Below the pieces are notes generated by a model. The model was not told the origin of the DNA and made no database searches. It saw nothing but the letters and a program-made list of their open reading frames with translations. DNA of 64,000 nucleotides from positions 9-64,008 of the forward strand of contig CAUZAW010000001.1 of the NCBI GenBank assembly GCA_963577735.1. The letters run 5' to 3'. How positions within the stretch are numbered: position 1 is the stretch's first letter; the number at the start of each line of letters is the position of its first letter. The translations under genes were made by a program, and so were the position numbers. Origin of the DNA: Phycisphaerae bacterium (lineage in GTDB: Bacteria > Planctomycetota > Phycisphaerae > Phycisphaerales > Phycisphaeraceae). This document shows, piece after piece, positions 46,267 through 55,075 of this stretch.

Positions 46267-47460
46267 CTAGTTAAGTTGGAGAATTTCCAGTAACCGTTTC
46301 TTTTCCAGTCCGATCGAAAAGCGTTCTTGAGCCCTTCGCCATCCGTTTTCACCAAGCTTTTTGCGCTGTTGCGGGTCACCTGCCAATTGCAGCAGGTATT
46401 GGCTGTGGGCCTCGATATCTCCCGGGTGGCACAGCAATCCGTGTACGCCGTGTGTCACCAGTTCGGGCAGCGACCCGTTGCGGCCCGTTACCACTGGCAG
46501 GGCGGCGGCCATGGCCTCGGCGTAGCTGACCCCGAACGCCTCCTCCTGGCCGGTTAGCGGGCCGGTGCAATGATGGGCAGTGAATAAGTCGGCTTCACAA
46601 CGCAGTTGCGTGCCGGTCGACCGATCGATGTTGCCCAGTATTTCTATACGGTGGGCAAAAACCGATCGGGCCCGCAGTATTTCACACATGATCCGCATAT
46701 GGCCGTCGCCCGCCATAATCAGATGGCCGTCAAAGCCTTGCTCGCAGGCGCGGGTAAAGGCGTTAATCGTCAGGTCTGGACCCTTGAAGTCGGACAGGCG
46801 GCCCAAGTAGAGGGCCTTGAGGCCCTTGGTCTTTGCCAGTCGTGTTGGTGGTGTGTCGGGTACCTCGACACCCATGTATTTAACCGCAACGCGTTCGTGG
46901 GGCACACCAATGTCATAAAGCCGTCGTGCTGTCGTGTGGGAATTGGCTATCAACATCGCTCGCTGGGCCAGTTGCCGTACCTGCTGGCGGTAATCGGTCG
47001 GGTGCACACGCTCGCCCAGCCGGCCAGTCGGGTAGCAATAATCCCAAAAGACGTCGTAGCCATGGCAGTGCACGAAAAGCGGCTTGTCCGTCAGACGCCA
47101 CAGCGGCGCATATTGCAGGGCAAACCGCAGGTTGTGTACGAGCACTTTCTTAACATTCGCTGATTCAACTGCGAGTTGCAAGCGTTCGATAGGCGCTCGA
47201 TTTTGTCTCCTACGGGTGAACCGGTCAAACCACGTGCGCTTCGCAACTACGGGGCTTTGTTCTACGTTACCCAACGCCATCACTGCGATGCGTTGTTGCC
47301 ACGTTGGCGCCTCGGGCGCTTCGCAGGCGATTAATTCGATGTGATCGACCATCGCTTCGAGCTGCCGCTGCATCCACAGCTCCGACGGCTTGGCCCAATT
47401 CTTCATCACCCACAGCAGGCTCATAAATTGTTGTTCCTGCCACGACTGTGCGTATTTCAA
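46267..47460 (-). CDS. Glycosyltransferase family 4
   Basis: Has EEAFGVSYAEAMAAALPVVTGRNGSLPE. Confidence 0.8.
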   Translation of the reverse strand: MKYAQSWQEQQFMSLLWVMKNWAKPSELWMQRQLEAMVDHIELIACEAPEAPTWQQRIAVMALGNVEQSPVVAKRTWFDRFTRRRQNRAPIERLQLAVESANVKKVLVHNLRFALQYAPLWRLTDKPLFVHCHGYDVFWDYCYPTGRLGERVHPTDYRQQVRQLAQRAMLIANSHTTARRLYDIGVPHERVAVKYMGVEVPDTPPTRLAKTKGLKALYLGRLSDFKGPDLTINAFTRACEQGFDGHLIMAGDGHMRIMCEILRARSVFAHRIEILGNIDRSTGTQLRCEADLFTAHHCTGPLTGQEEAFGVSYAEAMAAALPVVTGRNGSLPELVTHGVHGLLCHPGDIEAHSQYLLQLAGDPQQRKKLGENGWRRAQERFSIGLEKKRLLEILQLN

Positions 47461-48377
47461 ATCGCTGGCTGGTACCCTTGTCGTTCCAGTTGCCCGCCAA
47501 TCAATTCCTGAAGGCGGCTTTTCTGCTTTTGGTTCAGCAATCTGCGACCCTTGCCGATGCTGTCAGCGTTGACGGGATGGCGGACATTTTCGTGGTGTGA
47601 AAAGACCGCCACGTCGTCGTTCTTTTTAGCATAGACGTTTGAATCGATCATGTGTGGATTGTAGCTCAAACCCAGAAACTCGCACGCGGATTTGAGTTGT
47701 TTCTGTGGGTCGGTCACCAGTGACTCATAATGGATTTCCAGATAACGATCTTTGCCGGTGGCCGAAAAACTCTGCACCGCGTCTATGGACTGTGTCCACC
47801 GCAAAGCTGCGTCCTCTAGCGTAGTCTGCAGCCCCGCTGCCAGGTATGATTGCACCACATCTACGCCGTCGCGCACCATGTGGATATACCGTGCATCAGG
47901 AAAAACTGAATCGATCGCGTCCAGATAAAACGAATTCAACGGTGTCTTGTCACCCCAGCGTTGGCCGGTCTGGCCGGTCTGCTGGCCATGAAACCGGAAA
48001 AACCGGTCCAGCAGCAGGGCAAGGCTCTGCTCGCCGGCATCTGCGTTGATCATCTGCAGCACAAGCGGCCGCAGAGACACGCCGAATACTTCGAAATGTC
48101 GGTGAAACTCGAACCGTGAATAGATGAGGTGCACTAGATCTAACCACTGCATCGTGCCGAACTGCTTGAACAGATTGATGGTCGGTCCTAGTACGTAAGT
48201 TTCCGGGGGAATGTGCACCTGTCCGCCGGCTTCCAGCAACCGGCGGAGCAGGGTGTTGCCTGATCGGCCCGAGCCGACCACAAAAAAGGGGGCAAAACCT
48301 TCATCGCGGTGCAATGGGAGTTGTGTCGCCGAGCCTAGCGAAGACGACGTTTTGCGTTTGATACCAAAAAAAGTCAA
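47457..48377 (-). CDS. Sulfotransferase family protein (PAPS-dependent)
   Basis: Has the 5'-PSB loop FFVVGSGRSGNTLLRRLL and the 3'-PB region RYIHMVRDGVDVVQS. TTG 48377 lies 2 nt after the upstream stop. The track start at 48560 overlaps the GT2 gene by 181 nt. Confidence 0.8.
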   Translation of the reverse strand: MTFFGIKRKTSSSLGSATQLPLHRDEGFAPFFVVGSGRSGNTLLRRLLEAGGQVHIPPETYVLGPTINLFKQFGTMQWLDLVHLIYSRFEFHRHFEVFGVSLRPLVLQMINADAGEQSLALLLDRFFRFHGQQTGQTGQRWGDKTPLNSFYLDAIDSVFPDARYIHMVRDGVDVVQSYLAAGLQTTLEDAALRWTQSIDAVQSFSATGKDRYLEIHYESLVTDPQKQLKSACEFLGLSYNPHMIDSNVYAKKNDDVAVFSHHENVRHPVNADSIGKGRRLLNQKQKSRLQELIGGQLERQGYQPAI

Positions 48378-48379
48378 GG

Positions 48380-49327
48380 TTATTTCTTGCCGGCAGCGGA
48401 TTGGCTTTGGATGCGCAGCCCCGCCATGTAGCCTCGCCATTGATGATATTGTTTCTTGCGGTTGAAGCGACCGCTCTTGTCGCACGATCCGTTGGGCCGG
48501 TACGCCTGCCACCACAGTGCTGCTGCGCGTCGATACATCCACCGCGGCACGCCACGCCATCGCGGCCCCTCTAATTCCTTGGTTTCACTCATTCCTTCCG
48601 TCACGGCCATGCGATACCAGCGGTGTAGCGTCCACCGCGGCGTGCACCGGCTATGGGGTACGTAATGCCACACCATGGCCTCTGGCAAATAAACCGGTCG
48701 GCACCCGTCATCCAGCAGTCGATTTTGCATCTCCGTTTCCTGGCCCACCGGGTTGCATGCAGTACCCGCGTGCAGAGCGCCGGGCCCAATGTCCGGGTTG
48801 AACCCACCTACCGACAGTACCCGTTGCACGAACACGCCGTAGTTAAATCCGATAAACCGGTTCCATTTCAACGATTCTTGCGGGTCCTCCGGATTCCATC
48901 CCTTTGCCGACCAGGGTAAATAATCCACCAACCACGCCGGAGGCCGGTCGCCTTGGTAATCAACCTGAAACGGTCCGCCGAAAAAACAGTCCGGCCCGTG
49001 TTCGGATGCTGCCCGAGCGTAGATCTCGAGCAATTGTGGGCACACGCGAATATCGTCGTCCAAAAATAAAACAAACCCTTCGCAGAGCGTTTCGAGTACC
49101 TGCTGCAGCGCCCGGCTCTTGCCCAGTAGTACTGTGTGCCGATATTCGATGGGTAACTTGCTCTCTGCCCGCCGACACTCTTTTTCTGCCCCCGCAGCGG
49201 TGCCGTTTTCGATCACGATTACTCGCTCGAATCCGTCCGGCCTTTGGGTTTCGGCTAGGCTGTCTAGCGTACGCTGTAGCAATGAGCTACGCCCGTGGGT
49301 GGCGATGACGGCGTTGAATCTCAACAT
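48380..49327 (-). CDS. Glycosyltransferase family 2-like (second subtype)
   Basis: Has MLRFNAVIATHGRSSLLQRTLDSLAETQ...VIVIENGT...FLDDDI. Confidence 0.75.
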   Translation of the reverse strand: MLRFNAVIATHGRSSLLQRTLDSLAETQRPDGFERVIVIENGTAAGAEKECRRAESKLPIEYRHTVLLGKSRALQQVLETLCEGFVLFLDDDIRVCPQLLEIYARAASEHGPDCFFGGPFQVDYQGDRPPAWLVDYLPWSAKGWNPEDPQESLKWNRFIGFNYGVFVQRVLSVGGFNPDIGPGALHAGTACNPVGQETEMQNRLLDDGCRPVYLPEAMVWHYVPHSRCTPRWTLHRWYRMAVTEGMSETKELEGPRWRGVPRWMYRRAAALWWQAYRPNGSCDKSGRFNRKKQYHQWRGYMAGLRIQSQSAAGKK

Positions 49328-49642
49328 GTTGTTGCCAGAGCGTTGTCGGCTGATCCCACGAGTATTATCAGTGCCTGATCAGATCCGGCCAACATTGATA
49401 TCGGTCCAAACGTCACCCCGGATGCACTGTCGCCATGGCCGATGTGACACACGATCATCCGCTTGGGCCAGCACCGGCGCCAAAAGCTTGTAGCCACGAC
49501 AATCCACATGGTACACATTGGTGCGTCGTGATTCTAAATCGGTTGCACCTGTCGATCTTGGTGGGGGTGTCTAAAATCAGGCCTTTGTCTCAGGGAAACG
49601 TTAAAAGTAAGAGGCGCCACAACAACAAGGCAAGGTTGAATT

Positions 49643-50563
49643 CTAAGCGCTCAATTCGTCGGCATTTACTATTTTGTCACCGTGGTGCCGTGGCCACAGG
49701 CGATCCAATTGCTCGGCAGTACCCAGTAACCAGGCCCGCTGTTGGAGCCAATCGGCGATGTGGGTTTGCTCACGGCGTCTGGCGGCAGTGGCCAGCATGG
49801 CGTGCATGGCGGCGCACTGCGGCGCTGGCATCAGTTCGGCCATGGCAATTTTTTGTTCCAGTTGTTCCAGCGCCATCGCGTCGTATCCGGTCTCGACCTC
49901 ATAGCGTGTCTGCAGCGAGGTCCGTTGCAGCGACTCGGTTACGTTGAGCTTGCAGTGGTGCAGGGAAGATAACGCCTGCCACGCGCCCCATAGGTCGCGG
50001 CAGTAGAGTCGTGATTCGGTGAGCATCAGCAGCAAATGGCCCTTTATGACTCGCGCTTGCCCCAGGGGATAGATCAGCACGGCCTGGCAAATGGTGGCCG
50101 TTTCCGCGAAACGCTCACTGCGGCAGCGTAGTATGGCTAGGCGGTGATACAGCATCAGCCGGACCGATCGCTGTAACGGCCAGCGGCGCAGGGCTGTGGC
50201 AAGCATGGCCTCGGCCTGCTGCGGGTCAACAGCGATCAGCTCGGTAATTTGCGGTAGCTGGCGTGCGACACGCGCGGTGATAAGCCCGTAAACGGCCCAA
50301 CCGATGGCAAAGACCAAGAAAAGCAGCGAGAGGCCGCTTTCGGGGGTCGCCTGCAGGTAGACTGCCTCAAACGCAGCTAAGCAGGCCATGGCGATGAGCG
50401 TGCCTCGAAACAGCCACCACAACGTGCTGTCGAGCATCATTTGTTGGCGTAATACCTGTGGCACAAATGGCTGACAGAACTGGACAGCCACCGGCTCACT
50501 GTGATCGCGTTGCTGGCCCGTTGTCGGCGGGGGCAGCTGGTCTTGTACGCCGTTTAGATTCAT
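49643..50563 (-). CDS. Hypothetical 2-TM membrane protein with a helical-repeat C-terminal domain
   Basis: Has two hydrophobic helices (LWWLFRGTLIAMACLAAFEAV; LSLLFLVFAIGWAVYGLITA) followed by a ~200-aa Leu/Ala/Arg-rich domain. 4-nt overlap with the upstream paralog-like gene. Confidence 0.6.
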   Translation of the reverse strand: MNLNGVQDQLPPPTTGQQRDHSEPVAVQFCQPFVPQVLRQQMMLDSTLWWLFRGTLIAMACLAAFEAVYLQATPESGLSLLFLVFAIGWAVYGLITARVARQLPQITELIAVDPQQAEAMLATALRRWPLQRSVRLMLYHRLAILRCRSERFAETATICQAVLIYPLGQARVIKGHLLLMLTESRLYCRDLWGAWQALSSLHHCKLNVTESLQRTSLQTRYEVETGYDAMALEQLEQKIAMAELMPAPQCAAMHAMLATAARRREQTHIADWLQQRAWLLGTAEQLDRLWPRHHGDKIVNADELSA

Positions 50564-51519
50564 AGCGGTGCAACAGGATCGAAAGGCCGCTGTGATTCGC
50601 GAAGTACATCAGCCTGCCATAGCGAATTCAGTTCGGCGAAACGATTGACGAGAGTACCAGCGGGCATCAATAGTGTGGCCCGTGTCCACCACAGTTGGGC
50701 ATTGGTCGTCGGGTTATTTTCTAGGCGCAGATAAGACAATGCCATCAACGCGTGGCCATAGGCGGCTTCGATGCCCAGCGGGCGCAGGTCGTCGAGCAGG
50801 GTCGGTGCCTGGCCAATCGCATCAGCGAAATGATTGGTGCGGACCTGCTGAATAAGTCGAGCCAGCTGATACCCGGCACTGACTATGGTGTTGGCAAATG
50901 CTTCGACGGCGTGGCGCTGGCGGCGCAACGTGTCATCGGCGTCGACAAGGTGGTCGGCCTGTAGTTGTGCTATAGCCCGTTGGATTTGCAATTGCAAGGA
51001 ACCGGGATATTGCTGCGGTAACTGATCGATCAGGCTGGAGTAGGCAACGATGGCCGAGTCATAAGCCTTGAGTTGATCGAGGCTGTGGGCGATAAGTGCG
51101 ATGGTATGCCCGTGCATTTGTGGCAAATTCGTCGTGCCTGCCAGCAGTTGCCACGCCAGATCAAGGGCCTCCCGATGGCGACGCTGCAACGACAGTTCCT
51201 GGACCTTTTGTAATTCGCTTTGCCGATGGCGCAACCGGCGCACACGGATGTGGACTTTGATCAAAACGCCTGCCAACGCAAACCATGGCAATACAACCGC
51301 CAGCGGGTGCTGCACCGTCAAGGCCACGAGAAGCACGCCGACCAGGATGATAAGTGGCAACAGTCCGATCAGTCGCGACGGGGTGCGCAGCGAATGGTTT
51401 TTCAGGTGCTGGGCGACCTGTTGCTCGTTGGGCAATCGATGTCCCTGCTGTGCAGATGAAGTTGCGTCCAAGGCAGCCATCTTCTTTGCGTCCATTATCC
51501 AAGTGGGGGCGGGTTCCAA
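50560..51519 (-). CDS. Hypothetical 2-TM membrane protein with a helical-repeat C-terminal domain
   Basis: Same architecture as 49643-50563 (LIGLLPLIILVGVLLVALTV; LAVVLPWFALAGVLIKV). No motif recognised. Confidence 0.6.
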   Translation of the reverse strand: MEPAPTWIMDAKKMAALDATSSAQQGHRLPNEQQVAQHLKNHSLRTPSRLIGLLPLIILVGVLLVALTVQHPLAVVLPWFALAGVLIKVHIRVRRLRHRQSELQKVQELSLQRRHREALDLAWQLLAGTTNLPQMHGHTIALIAHSLDQLKAYDSAIVAYSSLIDQLPQQYPGSLQLQIQRAIAQLQADHLVDADDTLRRQRHAVEAFANTIVSAGYQLARLIQQVRTNHFADAIGQAPTLLDDLRPLGIEAAYGHALMALSYLRLENNPTTNAQLWWTRATLLMPAGTLVNRFAELNSLWQADVLRESQRPFDPVAPL

Positions 51520-51944
51520 TGATACAACAGCAGATAGATGACCACACCGGTAATCGATACATACAGCCAGATGGGCAGCCCGATCCTCGCCAGCCGCCGG
51601 TGATGCTCGAATCGTTCCGTTAAGGCCAGGCGAATCAGCCTAATGGCGACCACCGGCACCACCATGGCCAGGCTGACGTGGGTAAAGAGTATGAACAGAT
51701 AAACCTGTTTGGCGGCCCCCTCACGGTTAAACGTCGTGTGCAGATCACTGCCTGCTGAGGACCGTGCAAATTTGTGGGTGATGTAAAGCAGAAGAAACAG
51801 CGTGGAAACGCCGAAAGCCGTGATCATGCACCGCTTGTGAGCGGCGATATGTTTTTGCTTGATGAGGATCACGCCGGCAACCAACAGTACGGTGGCGATC
51901 GCGTTGAGTGATGCGTTGATATGAGGCAGGAGGTGCAGGATCAT
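51495..51944 (-). CDS. DUF420 family membrane protein
   Basis: Four-helix protein. LPHINASLNAIATVLLVAGVILIKQKHIAAHKRCM is typical of DUF420, a family linked to haem-copper oxidase loci. Confidence 0.7.
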   Translation of the reverse strand: MILHLLPHINASLNAIATVLLVAGVILIKQKHIAAHKRCMITAFGVSTLFLLLYITHKFARSSAGSDLHTTFNREGAAKQVYLFILFTHVSLAMVVPVVAIRLIRLALTERFEHHRRLARIGLPIWLYVSITGVVIYLLLYHWNPPPLG

Positions 51945-52089
51945 TGATTGTTAAGACGGGTCTTGCGACGAATCTCTTGGAGGAGATTTTTGGCCAGGGG
52001 TCGGGCCCTCCAGAAGCCGAATCGTCATAAATTGTTATTACCTCGATCTCTGCTGCGCTGCGATTTTTGCAGTAGCCGCAACAGTTCCG

Positions 52090-52758
52090 TTATCCATCAG
52101 TACCTTTGAGTGCCCTTGCCGACGCTGAACAGTCAAGTACACGCTGCAGATCTTGCTTCAACGCGGCGCGTTGTTCAGCTTCGAGGCCATTGTAAGCCCC
52201 GCGTATGTGTAAGTGGCGATCAACGAGCAGAAAATTGGACGTGTGCAGAATGGGAATGGTGGAATTTTGTTTATTCTCAGCAACGGTCTGTTTGAATCCT
52301 TGTTCGCACAGGGTCCAGATTTCGTCACGACCACCAGTCAAAAATAGCCAATGTTCGCGATCAGCTTGGTAACGTTGGGCGTATTGCTGCAGCCTGGGTG
52401 GCGTGTCGTGTCCGGGGTCCACGCTGATGCTGACTAGACGAATATGAGACCATTGGGGATGCTTGGCCAGTTCCGTTTGCAAGCCGGCCATCTGCTGCAT
52501 CAGTGCCGGGCAAATACCGGGACAACGGGTGAAAATAAAATTAACGATCCAGACCTTACCGCGTAACTGTTCGCTTCCAAACGGCTGACCATTGCGCTCG
52601 GTCAACAAAAATTCAGGCAGGGCCAGGCCTTGTTGAAACAGGTGACTGTCGGTTGCCGGCCCATTGCGAGCAAAACTGGTCATCACGATCAAGGCTGTGG
52701 TGCATACCGAGGCAATTGCCAAGAGGGCGACCAAAATTTTCGGCTGCGCATAAGTCAT
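52090..52758 (-). CDS. SCO1/SenC family copper chaperone / thiol-disulfide protein
   Basis: Has an N-terminal TM, the FIFTRCPGICP CxxxC motif and a distal His. ATG 52758 overlaps the upstream stop (ATGA). The track start at 53061 is an overextension. Confidence 0.85.
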   Translation of the reverse strand: MTYAQPKILVALLAIASVCTTALIVMTSFARNGPATDSHLFQQGLALPEFLLTERNGQPFGSEQLRGKVWIVNFIFTRCPGICPALMQQMAGLQTELAKHPQWSHIRLVSISVDPGHDTPPRLQQYAQRYQADREHWLFLTGGRDEIWTLCEQGFKQTVAENKQNSTIPILHTSNFLLVDRHLHIRGAYNGLEAEQRAALKQDLQRVLDCSASARALKGTDG

Positions 52759-53669
52759 AGTAATCCGTCGCTGCGTGGCCTCGCCACCTGTTTGGCCGTG
52801 GCGATCAGCAGCAGGATGGTGAATACCATAAAGATGGCGGCCGCGCACGTCGCGTTGACAGGGCCGGACGCCGTTTCGTTGCTGCCGTGCATCAAGGCGG
52901 CAAGGGCAGTCTGTCCGTACGTCAGAGGATTGACCGCCATAAGAATTTTCAGCCACAGAGGGACACTGTCGTAAGGGAACACCGCCCCAGACAGAAACCA
53001 CATGGGAAAGTAAATAAGATTCAGGCGGGCGTGAAAGCCCGCGGTTGAATCCATCGGCCAAGCCAGGGCGAACCCGATGACTGTCAAGGCCACGGCGATG
53101 ACCAACAGCATCCCTGCCGCGGCCGACATGGACAGCCAGCCGGGCCAGTGGCCCATCACCGGCCAGGCGAGCATGAATACCAGTGCCTGTAAAGTCGCAA
53201 TCAATGCCCCGCCCAGCACTTTTCCCAGCACTATCGATGTGCGTGGGATTGGCGCCGCCAGCACGCCTTGAAGAAAACCGTTGTTACGTTCGTCAATCAC
53301 TGAGTACGAGGCGAATATGGCGGTGAACATGACTATCATGACCATCGAGCCGGGAAAGAAGTATTGTCGGTAGCCGATCTGCAGGCCTTGTGCGACCTGT
53401 GGGCTGTTGGAAAAGGCCTGATTAAGCCCAGAGCCCAGCATCAGCCAAAACAATGCGGGGGTAGCCAAGGCACTGAAAAGCCGGCCGCGCGAACGAAAAT
53501 ATCCGATCAACTCACGATGGCAGAGTGTCAGGCCCCCCCACCACAGCCCACCGCCGGCTGTTGTTGGGATTTCAGTCGTGGGTGTTGATTGAGGCATATA
53601 TTGGCCACCATCGTAGGCGACTGAACGGCCAAGTCCAGACGGCTTGCCCTTATGCTTGGCGGTGCACAT
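52755..53669 (-). CDS. ABC-2 family transporter permease (no adjacent ATPase gene)
   Basis: Six hydrophobic segments. Has ...[32 protein letters not shown], typical of ABC-2/NosY-like permeases. Alternative start ATG 53597. Confidence 0.7.
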   Translation of the reverse strand: MCTAKHKGKPSGLGRSVAYDGGQYMPQSTPTTEIPTTAGGGLWWGGLTLCHRELIGYFRSRGRLFSALATPALFWLMLGSGLNQAFSNSPQVAQGLQIGYRQYFFPGSMVMIVMFTAIFASYSVIDERNNGFLQGVLAAPIPRTSIVLGKVLGGALIATLQALVFMLAWPVMGHWPGWLSMSAAAGMLLVIAVALTVIGFALAWPMDSTAGFHARLNLIYFPMWFLSGAVFPYDSVPLWLKILMAVNPLTYGQTALAALMHGSNETASGPVNATCAAAIFMVFTILLLIATAKQVARPRSDGLL

Positions 53670-53750
53670 GGCTGTCCATTTCCCTGGTGGTCGACGGTTG
53701 CTACAATTGCCACTGGATTATTCTTTGACCCTAGAAACGAGGAATGTTAC

Positions 53751-54377
53751 ATGCCTTTGGTCCCGACGGTGATTGAAAAGACTGGGCGCGGCGAGCGGGT
53801 CTACGACATTTACTCGCGGTTACTTAAGGACCGCGTGGTCTTCATGGGTGGCCCGGTAACGGATGAAACGGCCAACCTGACAATTGCGCAATTTCTGTTT
53901 TTATCCAATGAAGACCCCAAGGCAGATATCCATTTTTATATTAATACGCCGGGCGGATCGGTCAGCGCTGGCTTGGGCGTCTACGATACGATCCAGTACA
54001 TTCGCCCGGACGTGGCCACCTATTGCATCGGCGTGGCGGCATCAATGGGCTCGCTGCTGCTAATGGCAGGGGCTAAGGGCAAGCGCTATTGCCTGCCCAA
54101 CAGTCGCGTGTTGTTGCATCAGCCGTTGATCGGAGGAGTTATGGAAGGCGCAGCTACCGACTTGGATATCCAGGCCAAGGAAATGTTGCGGCAGCGTGGC
54201 CGACTGTACAAGATCATGGTCGATTGCACTGGCCAGGACGAGCAAACCATCGCCCGCGATTGTGAGCGCGACAAATGGCTCGATGCTGAAGAGGCAGTAG
54301 ATTACGGCGTGACCGATGCCGTGCTAAGTCAGATCGCACACGACATGTCGCAACAGCACGAAAAAGACGACGAATAA
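53751..54377 (+). CDS. clpP: ATP-dependent Clp protease proteolytic subunit
   Basis: Has [28 protein letters not shown], catalytic Ser in [11 protein letters not shown] and His in LLHQPL. AGGAA lies upstream of ATG 53751. Confidence 0.93.
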   Translation: MPLVPTVIEKTGRGERVYDIYSRLLKDRVVFMGGPVTDETANLTIAQFLFLSNEDPKADIHFYINTPGGSVSAGLGVYDTIQYIRPDVATYCIGVAASMGSLLLMAGAKGKRYCLPNSRVLLHQPLIGGVMEGAATDLDIQAKEMLRQRGRLYKIMVDCTGQDEQTIARDCERDKWLDAEEAVDYGVTDAVLSQIAHDMSQQHEKDDE

Positions 54378-55054
54378 TGTGTAGAGGTTTAGGCGGTCAA
54401 AAAATAGGCGGGGCGGGGGTGGCGTGGAGGGGTGGCCTGCTGGCCTTGGCGCTACTGCTGTTGGCCCCATGGGGTTGTGGCGGCCAACGAAACTTTTCCA
54501 CTGGGGCTGATGAACTTCGTCGGCGAAACCATGAATTGTTCGAACAGGTGCGCGGCCTAGAACGCGACATCGAGCAGTACATCGAAGAAGTCCAGATGCT
54601 GCAGCGGCGAATGGAGGACAAGCGTGGAGGAATCGAGGGTGCCGACCCGCCACAACTATCGCAGGTCCGGTTCGGCCGATACAGCGGTGCGTTGGATATC
54701 AACGGTGACGGCGATGATGATTTGATCCGTCTGTATGTCCTCACGCTCGATCAGCATGGCCGATTTCTGCCCGTGGCGGCTATTGCTACGGTCAGGGCGG
54801 TGAGGAACGAGATCGATCAGGACCCGCAAGTGGTCGTTGAGCGGCAGTATGGGCCTGAAGAGTTTGACAAGCGATACCGTAGTGGCTTTACTGGCACGCA
54901 TTACATGCTGGATATCAAGTTGCCCTCGCCGGTGCCCGAAGGTTTTGACGAAGCGGATGTATCGCTTTTTATCAAGGACATGGCGACGGACATCACCCGG
55001 CGTTATACGCAGACCATTGCCATCCAAACTGCCTCGGTGATCGCGGCATCGTAA
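54377..55054 (+). CDS. Hypothetical lipoprotein with a coiled-coil segment
   Basis: Has LLALALLLLAPWGCGG (lipobox-like). Its ATG overlaps the clpP TAA by 1 nt. No motif recognised, and the start is uncertain. Confidence 0.5.
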   Translation: MCRGLGGQKIGGAGVAWRGGLLALALLLLAPWGCGGQRNFSTGADELRRRNHELFEQVRGLERDIEQYIEEVQMLQRRMEDKRGGIEGADPPQLSQVRFGRYSGALDINGDGDDDLIRLYVLTLDQHGRFLPVAAIATVRAVRNEIDQDPQVVVERQYGPEEFDKRYRSGFTGTHYMLDIKLPSPVPEGFDEADVSLFIKDMATDITRRYTQTIAIQTASVIAAS

Positions 55055-55075
55055 GGCGTAAACGGAGCGGCAGCT

